Below, piece by piece: positions 48,801-57,800 of a DNA stretch of 64,000 nucleotides (position 1 is its first letter; each line of letters starts with the position of its first letter). This DNA comes from a virus, in the IMG/VR virus record IMGVR_UViG_3300020473_000017, one strand, 5' to 3'. The position numbers and the translations under genes are program-made. The notes under the pieces are model-generated. The model ran no database searches. It saw only the letters and a list, made by a program, of their open reading frames with translations, and was not told the DNA's origin.

Positions 48801-51800
48801 CGTTAGTAGAAGGAATAGAATCTAATACCTGAACCTTAAAGGTTGTATCATCAGCATCCCAAATAGTTAACCATCTACCACTAGCAGGATCAGTTGCTCT
48901 AGGATAAGCATGTGTGCCTCCACCTTGCGTACAAGTGAATACAATAGCACTATCATCAAATTTAACTTGATCACCGTTCACAAAGGCAGCTGCACCCCCT
49001 CCATGAGTAACAGTCATAATACCTGTAGCAGGATCATAATCTGCATCTGTTGGGGTATATGAAATAGTATCAGTTCTAGGATAAGACTGGTTGCTAACAC
49101 CACCATTATCACAACTCATTACAATACCACCATCTGCTAATTTGATGGTATCTCCTTTTCTTTGAACACAATTATCTGAAGCAGAAACAAATGTGTGTGC
49201 TTGACCTGTTGCTCCAGTTGCAACATAGAAATTCAATTGTATTGTATCATTTGTTACAGCAAGTACTTGTAACCATGATCTATAGGCAGGATCCGTTACT
49301 CTTGGATAACTATGATTTCCAGCACCAGCAGTACATGTGAATGTTAATGATTCTTTAGCGATTTGAACATAATCACCTTTATTGATAGTATGACCTTTAA
49401 TTGTTAATGTTGCTACACCTGTAGCAGGATCATAAGCAATATCAGTAGGAGTGAATGTATCATATCCACGGAACTTATGCCCACCAACAGTTAGATCAAG
49501 ATCTCCATTAGCAAGGTTAAGAGCAGCACCTGTTGGTTGATAATTTACAATAGGTGATGTTCCAACATTAACTGTGATTGTTGTTCCAGTTGTAGCAGTG
49601 ATATATTGATTAGTCTTAGCAGCTGGATCTGTTACTCTTGGATAGTTGTGTAAAGTAGCACCCAAACTAGTTAGATTTCCACTAGCAAGAGTACCATCAT
49701 TCTCCATATCACATCTAAACATCAATGAGTTAACATCAATGTTAATGCTATTTCCAACCTCAAGACTATGAGATCCAATAGTTAATTGAAGATCTCCAGT
49801 TGTTGCAGTATAGGTAGCTGCCGTTGGAGTAAATGCAACTTCAGGTGATGCACCAACATCAACGGTAAATGTGTCTGAAGTAACAGACTCGACTCCAATT
49901 ACTGCCTTGGAAGATCTATCACCTGCAGCTGGATATGAATGTCTGGAGAAGTCATCATCCATTGAGCATGTGAATGTCAATGCGTCATCATCAATACTAA
50001 CAAAGCTAGTTGCATAAAGAATGCCATCTGCCAATCCAGAAACGAATGTATGAGTAGTGGTATTAGTACAAGGAGTATCATCCAAACATTGAATATCAAA
50101 TGTATCTGGATTTACTGCTCTGATTGTAATCCACTTACCGCTAATTGGATCTGTTGAACGTGGATAAGCAGTCTGTCCACCACTACCATGAGTACAACTA
50201 AAGGTTATAGCACCATCCTTAAGTTTTACTTTATCTCCTGCTTTAAATCCATGATTATTTACTTCTATTGTAACAATACCAGTGGTTGTATTGAATGATG
50301 CACCAGTTGCAGTATGAGATGTAGCAGCAGTCAATCCATGGTTCTCAACACTCATTGACAAAGCACCTGTAGATGCATTGAATGTAGCTGAGGTCGGTGT
50401 CATTGCCTTCTCTACTGCCTGTCCAATATTAACTTTGAAATTATTTGTAGATACTTCAAATACATTGAGCCAGTTACCTGCAGCAGGATCAGTAGATCTT
50501 GGATATGTGTGATTTGTAGCATATCCATCACGAGAGCACTTAAAGGTTAAACCATCAGCAGCAAACTGAACAAAATCACCATTAGAAAGACCATGAGCAG
50601 TAGCCCAGACTTCCATTATACCAGTAGTAGCATCATAATCACAGTATGATGGTTGATACTGATAAGTTGCTAGTGAATCAAATGTATGTGTAGTAGTATT
50701 TGTAGCAGCAGTACCATTTAATGCATTAACAGTAAACGTAGTAGAAGATATAGCATCAACTGGGACATTCTTACCAGAAATAGGATCTGAAGAACGAGGA
50801 TATGAATGAACACCGCCACCCTGCGTACAAGTGAAGTTCAATGAGTTATTTGAGAACTTAACTGTAGATGTGGCAATGCTTAAACCAGAAGCAACAGCAG
50901 ATACGAATGAATGAGCATCAGTGTTTGTAGAAGGAATTGTATCCAGTACAGTTACATCAAATGTGTTAGTTGTTATGTTTGATACTTCTAACCATCTATC
51001 ACTAGCATAGTCAGTATTACGTGGATAATCCTTTTGTGCAGCAGTACCAGAAGCACCACCAAACGCACAACTTAATTTAAGTGAACCATCAGCAAATTTA
51101 ACCTGATCACCTGCCTTCAATCCATGTGCCACTACAGTAACTGTCATAATACCTGTAGTTGGATTATAATCAGCATCAGTTACAGTTGTAGTTGTAGGAG
51201 CAGTTAAAGTATGCTCTCCAACAGTTAATTCTAGTACACCTGTACTAGGAGTGTATGATGCGGTACTAGGTACATATGAATTAGTTAATGGTTTTCCAAT
51301 TGGACTGATTCCTAAGATATCGTTGTCTGTATATCCGTTACCTGGGTTGTTTAATACTACATTCTTAACACCACCATCAACAACAACTATATCACCAGTA
51401 GCACCAACACCTGTTCCAATCTTATTGAATAATGGAATATTTGCATATGTTCCATCTGCATATCCTGTACCAGCAGTTAACCCATCAGAAGTGTCTCTAA
51501 CAGGACTTAAATTAGTATTAACCTGTACAGTAATGGTAGTAGCAGTTTCTGCTGTAATTGCCAAGGTAGCACCAAATGCTTCATCAGATGGTCTTGGATA
51601 AGCATGTGTACTAGCGTGATTATCAGCAGCACAAGTAAACTTAAGAGAACTATCAGCAATCTGAATAGTATCACTAGTCGTATAACTATGAGATCCAATA
51701 GTTAATTCTAAGAGACCTGTAGCAGGAGTGTATGTAGCATTTGTTACATTCTTCTGTGTGTTACTATCACTTACCACAGTTACAGCATTGGTTGCTGTAC

Positions 51801-54800
51801 CACCAACATAGGTATGAGCAGCACTACCAGACATACCAGTATCTAAAGTCTTAAGTTCATCACCAATCTGATCTAATTGGAAGCTAGAAGTATATGATGC
51901 ACGATCATAGTACATTACCAAAGCACTAGAACCTACTTTAGGTGCAGTAGAGAATGTTATAACATCACTAGCAAAGGTATAGTTATTTGGATTCTGAACA
52001 ATACCATCAATTATAACTAAGAACTGTGATTTAACTGAGGTCTTAGAAATCTTAGTAGTAATTAATGTATTATCAACTCTTGTTGTGAACTGAGTATTAA
52101 CCCCATCAATACCTACTGTAAATTTATTAATAGCAGCAGTAGATCCAACATTAACAGTAAATGTATCATTAGTAGTTGCTGTAATATCTAATATCTTTCC
52201 ACCATGTCCTATTGGATCTGTTGATCTTGGATATGTGTGGTTAGTTGCATTGTTATCCATTAGACAAGTTAATGTCAATGCATCATCAGCAATAGAGATC
52301 TTATTATTAGTATTCAACCCATGTCCAGCACTATGAATCACTAAATTACCATCTGCAGGAGTATATACAACATTTGTTGGGTTAAAGAAACTTCCGTTAT
52401 TTGCTACAATACCATCTGTATTACAAGAAACAAATGTATGTGTACCTACGCTAAGTGAGGATAGTACAACTGTACTACCTCCAAGAGAAGATTTCAAAGA
52501 TATTGTATTAGCATCAATAACATCAACGTAATATACGGTTCCTGTTGTTAATCCACCAATATCACCTCTAAAGGTAACAGTTTGATTCTCAACCAATCCA
52601 TGATTAGTTAATGTAATTCTATTATTACTTAAGTCAACTACACTAGAAGATGCTCCATCAAAGCTAATATCTCTAGATGTAATATCATCAACCTTATATG
52701 AGACACAAGTTAAGATTTTCTGAATATCTAACAACTGTCTACCGAATATTTGAACCTCTGTGGGAACAGCTGCTGTATAATCTGGTTTACCTAGAGCAAA
52801 GTTATTAATGGTTGCCAACTTACCAGTATTCTTAGCAGATGGTTTTGGTGTTACATATGTAAGACCATTAAAGGTTGCACTAATACTATTACTACCAGGA
52901 ACCCACCAATCTGTTGAACTAGTGGTAAGTAAATCAAGAGTAGGTTTACCTCTATAAGATTTCTTAGATGCTTGTGATAATATTTGTGTACCAACAACTT
53001 TAAATCCTGCAGGGTGAGCAGCAAATTTAAGTGGATTCTTCCAATCTCTAATATTAATAGGTGAAGATATCTCATATGAGAATTCTTGGAACCTATTACT
53101 ATCATATAATCTCTGTTCGTTAATATCTAAGAAACCAGTAGTACGTTCCCATTGAGAAGAAGATATACTAATTGGAGAAACTTCAAATACAGCATCTGCT
53201 CTATCAAATGCATGAATCGAACCAAATGATGAAGATTCTTCACCAAATATAGGTTCACCAACTTTAAACTCACCTTCACTAATTTCTACACTAACAACAC
53301 GTCCTGCTGGATCCCAATTCTTAACATATCCAAATGCAGTATATGATGCTGTAGATGCACCCTGATAAACTCTTTCTCCAACTAAGAAAGTTGCAGGTCT
53401 CATATATGCAGTAATAACATCACCAAGATCAGTAGTATCTAATGTGAAGGTTGTTAATCCATTAGCATCTCCAACTGGAGCAGAAGTAAATGTAATTGTT
53501 GTTGGAGTATTAGCAATTGCATTTGCCTCAGATGTTGCTAATTTAACTTGATTATTTGCCAATCCATTTGAACCATTAGCAGCAACAACATAATATGTTG
53601 TATTAATTGCCAATGGAGCTGGGAAAGTACCAACTACCTCATTTAAGGTTACTGCAGTACCTGTTGGCATCTTTGTATTATATGGGAAGTTTAAAGTACT
53701 ATTAGACATTAATGCAACCCAATTATGAGTTACTCTTGCATTTACGACTGGAGCAGATAAGAATCCTCTACCTCCATTCCTAACCTCTACCGATTGTATA
53801 ACTTCATTCTCAACAATCGCTTCTAATTGATAAAGTGACCCACTTCCACCAGTAAGAACAATTGTTGGTTGTGATACAAAATTCTGACCGCCATTAGTAA
53901 CATCAAGGTAATCAATAACTTGAGTTCTTGTTAATTGAAGATTATAGGTTGTATTTAACTCTGGTTTTAGAGTTCTATCATGACTATAGTTAAATGTAAT
54001 ATTATCTCCACCAATCTTTAATATCTTACCTAAATCAGAAGATTTAAGTAATAAAGAAGCACCTTTTCCTGTTTTCTGTGTAATATTAACTACAGGAGCA
54101 TTCTGATATAATGTTCCTCCATCTTCAATATTAATAGAAGAAACACCTTCATTTACAATACTTGAATTAAACTTAGCGTTGATTCCACTACCACCACTAA
54201 CATCTACATTAGGTGCTGATAGATAACCAGATCCAGTGTTAGTTACTGTAATAGCATCAATAGATGCATTTAACACACAATTGGTAATTGCTGGATCAAG
54301 ATGTGTCAGTTTATCAACTGTCACAGTAGCATCATGAGTAACATCAGTACCACCCATTGATGCACCAGAAATTGTAATAACATCACCTAGTGCATATGTA
54401 CTACCACCATCAGTAACAGTAATACTTTCAATAGTTCCTGCACCATTAACAATTACTGTAAACTCAACATTAGTTCCTCCAGTAGGAGCAACACTCTTTT
54501 GAGCAACACCAGTATATGTTCCAGTTGTATAATTGGTACTAGACTGTGTAGTAATTGATACAGTGTTTACTAGTCCATATGTGGGATCATCAAGATCAAT
54601 AGTAGGAGCAGCTCTGTAATTAGATCCTGCTGCAATAATACTAACAGATTCTAATTTACCAACATTTGGACCTGAGCTGGGAATAACGGCCTGGACGTTA
54701 GCATGTATTCCACCTACAGTTGTAACCTTAGCTTCAGCATCAGAACTATAAACCTTACCTCTAGCATTGTTAGATGCCCATGGAGTATACATGATCCACC

Positions 54801-57800
54801 CTCTAGTTGCTGCACTAAAGTTACCAGCTCCATCTTTTAGGTTATTTCGCAGAGGTTGAATTCTCAATATGGAAGTTGTTGGATCCCAATTAATAACTTT
54901 ACCTCTAGCAGTTTGAGCACCTAGAACTGGTTCTGATATAACAATTTCATCTTTAGCAAACGAACCACTACCTAATACTTCAGTTAGAGTTAAATCTACA
55001 AAATCTGGTAAAGTTACATATGCTACTGGAGCACCTGCAGGATTATAACCAGATCCCATGTTAGCAATAGTAACACCAGATACTGAACCAGAAATAGTAG
55101 CAACTGCGGTTGCACCAGATCCAGATCTAGTGGATCCAGTCAATTTTGGAAGAGATGAGTAGTTCCTTCCTGAATCACCAATAGAAATTTTTCCAATACC
55201 GCCTGTTGGGTATATTGAAGTTGTAACATAATTAATGCCACTTGTATACCCACTTTCGGGTTCTTTTCCAACAATATAGGTAAAATTAAGATCAGTTACA
55301 TCTTTTACAATATTTGTGCCAGATAAAGGCTCATTCATTACTGTAAGGTAACTTCCAGCAATAGTTCCTTGAATATCGAAATAATAGAAGATTCCAGGAA
55401 GATCTGTCATCAATATAGTGATAGAAGTCTGTTGACCCGTTTGTGCATTGCTTGTTTCTGCAGATATGTTCTTATAAGTGAAAATATCGGTATTTGCGGG
55501 ATCTAACGTAAATGCAAGTGTTTTTCCAACATTACTTGCATCAGAAGTGTCAAATGTGTAAGAATGCCCGTCAATCAACTCTAACTTAGGTTCTTGGACA
55601 TAAACATCAGCAGAAGTGACTGTAGCGGCAGCTGTAGACCCATGATTGCGTTTTACAGTGAATCTACGAAGAGTTTCCGTTCTAATTACTTCATAATCAG
55701 TTTTATCGTATGTAGATGGAGAAACTCCTGAAATATTAACAGTATCGCCTATTGCAACTTGATGAGCAAGACTTGTATGACATACTGCCTCTCTTAAAGT
55801 CTCAGTTAATGTAATACTAAAACTAGACCCTCCACCGTTACCTAAGTTCTGATCACTAGCAGAAATAGTATCTCCAACATTATATGCAGTACCAAACTCT
55901 GTAATTGTAACTGTAGTAATTGCACCACCAGAAATGACTATAGTTGCCTTTGCATTCCTACCACTATTATTAGTAGTCAATGGAACGTCAGTATAAGTTC
56001 CATTTTCATATCCAGAACCACCAGTGATAGATGACCATCCACCTTGGACTAAATTACCGTCTGTACGAGTTCTTACGTAAGTCCAAGACAATGTACCATC
56101 AGATGCTGTTCCTGATAAGTGAGTAGGAGCATTTCCTGCACCAGAATCAGATGTACCAGCTGCAGCAGCCTTATAAACTCTATTTGCAACATAAACAAGA
56201 TCATTTTTAGCATATGCAGTACTATTAGTCCAAGGACCAATTAACTTCATACTTACTAGGTCAAAATACTCAAAATGGTACTTATTATTGATAATTTTAG
56301 TATTAAGAGATCTTGTAGATGAATTATCAGCAATAGTGATAGTAAGTTGATCATCACCAACCAAATAATGTTTATCTGAAGTTGTTAAGGTTGCAGTAAC
56401 AACATCATCGTCATCTACAGCATAATTGAGAGAAGAAACCGTTGTACCAGTAACTGCAGAGATTGCTGCACTAACACCTTCTCCTCCAGAAGTACTATTA
56501 TCGAATAATAGTCGATCATTGACCTTATAACCAGTACCACCACCTTCTACTAGATATTGATCGATATTAGCAGAAGAATATTGGTTAGTAGAACTAACTG
56601 TTAACGATTCTGCAATTCCACCACGGATTACTGGATAATAACTAAAATATCCAATACCATCTTCAACATATTGAAGAATCTCTCCAGTTTCAAGTGTAAT
56701 GAGAGTTGTAGTGTCTTCTAGTGCCAAAACAAAGTCAACTTTGTTATCAAGTTGCTTTCTCTTAGTGGTTATGTTATCAGTTCCGATATATGGTGCTTTA
56801 TACCTAATTGAGTCTTCTGTAAAGTTTTTCTGAAGACCATTTCCGTCCCAGTTGACTTCATCCGCTTCTGAGTAGAAATTTGGTCCTACAAAATACGGAA
56901 ATTTCGGATTTCCGCTGATTCCATCAATTGTACAGAAATATGCATAAACTCCATCTGGAAATTCTGGAGTTACGCAGAATCTACCGTTATATTGGTCTAA
57001 ACCACCTAATCCCTCTACATATTCATAATCTTCAATAAAGGTGCCCATAGGGTCAGCAAGACCACTTAGAAGAGCATCCCTACTTGTCTTCAATCGGTAG
57101 CTTGTACCAGGTTGACTATATGCATTGTATGGATTCTGGTTTTCGGGATCCTCATACCCATAAGGTCCATATATGGGGTGTCCATCATAAGCCCATCCAA
57201 TAATAGGTGAGTGTTTAGTTGGATTTAACTCTTTCCATGGTGGATTATTAGGATCTGTGTCAGGTTCAATATTATCAGCTAAGTAATATCTAAGATTCTT
57301 AGGATTGTACAAATATCCATACTCTCCACCATATATTCCACTATTCTCACCTTCCATTACTGCACCACTAGATTGGTCAGTCACTTTCCTTGCATTGAAG
57401 GATACTTGACCAACTTCTGTTGCAGTTGCTGATTCGTTAAAGGTTAATTCTGTTAATTTGGTTGTAAATGACGCACCAGTTCCTGGATATACAATACTGA
57501 TGTTTGTATTACCTACAGTATATCCAATTCCTTTGTTAGTTACTACAATACCAGTAACAATGTTCTGTGATAGGTCTACTTGAGCAAATGCAGTAGCACC
57601 AACTCCATCTCCAGTAATAACAACGTCTGGAGCACCAAAATACCCACTACCACCAAAAGTTACGATAGCACTTTCTATCTTTCCATTCAAAATTGATGGA
57701 TAGGCAACAGCACCACTACCAGAGATTAATTTGATGACTGGTTCGTAAGTATACTGTGATCCAGCAGCAGTAATAGTAATATCCTTAAGAGGTCCACGTA

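Noticed and set aside
20120-51282. Repeats read as a CRISPR array, diversity-generating retroelement or invertible cassette
   Set aside because: They are in-frame, degenerate coding repeats. No spacers, reverse transcriptase, adenine-specific mismatch pattern, recombinase or inverted repeats were seen in the window.
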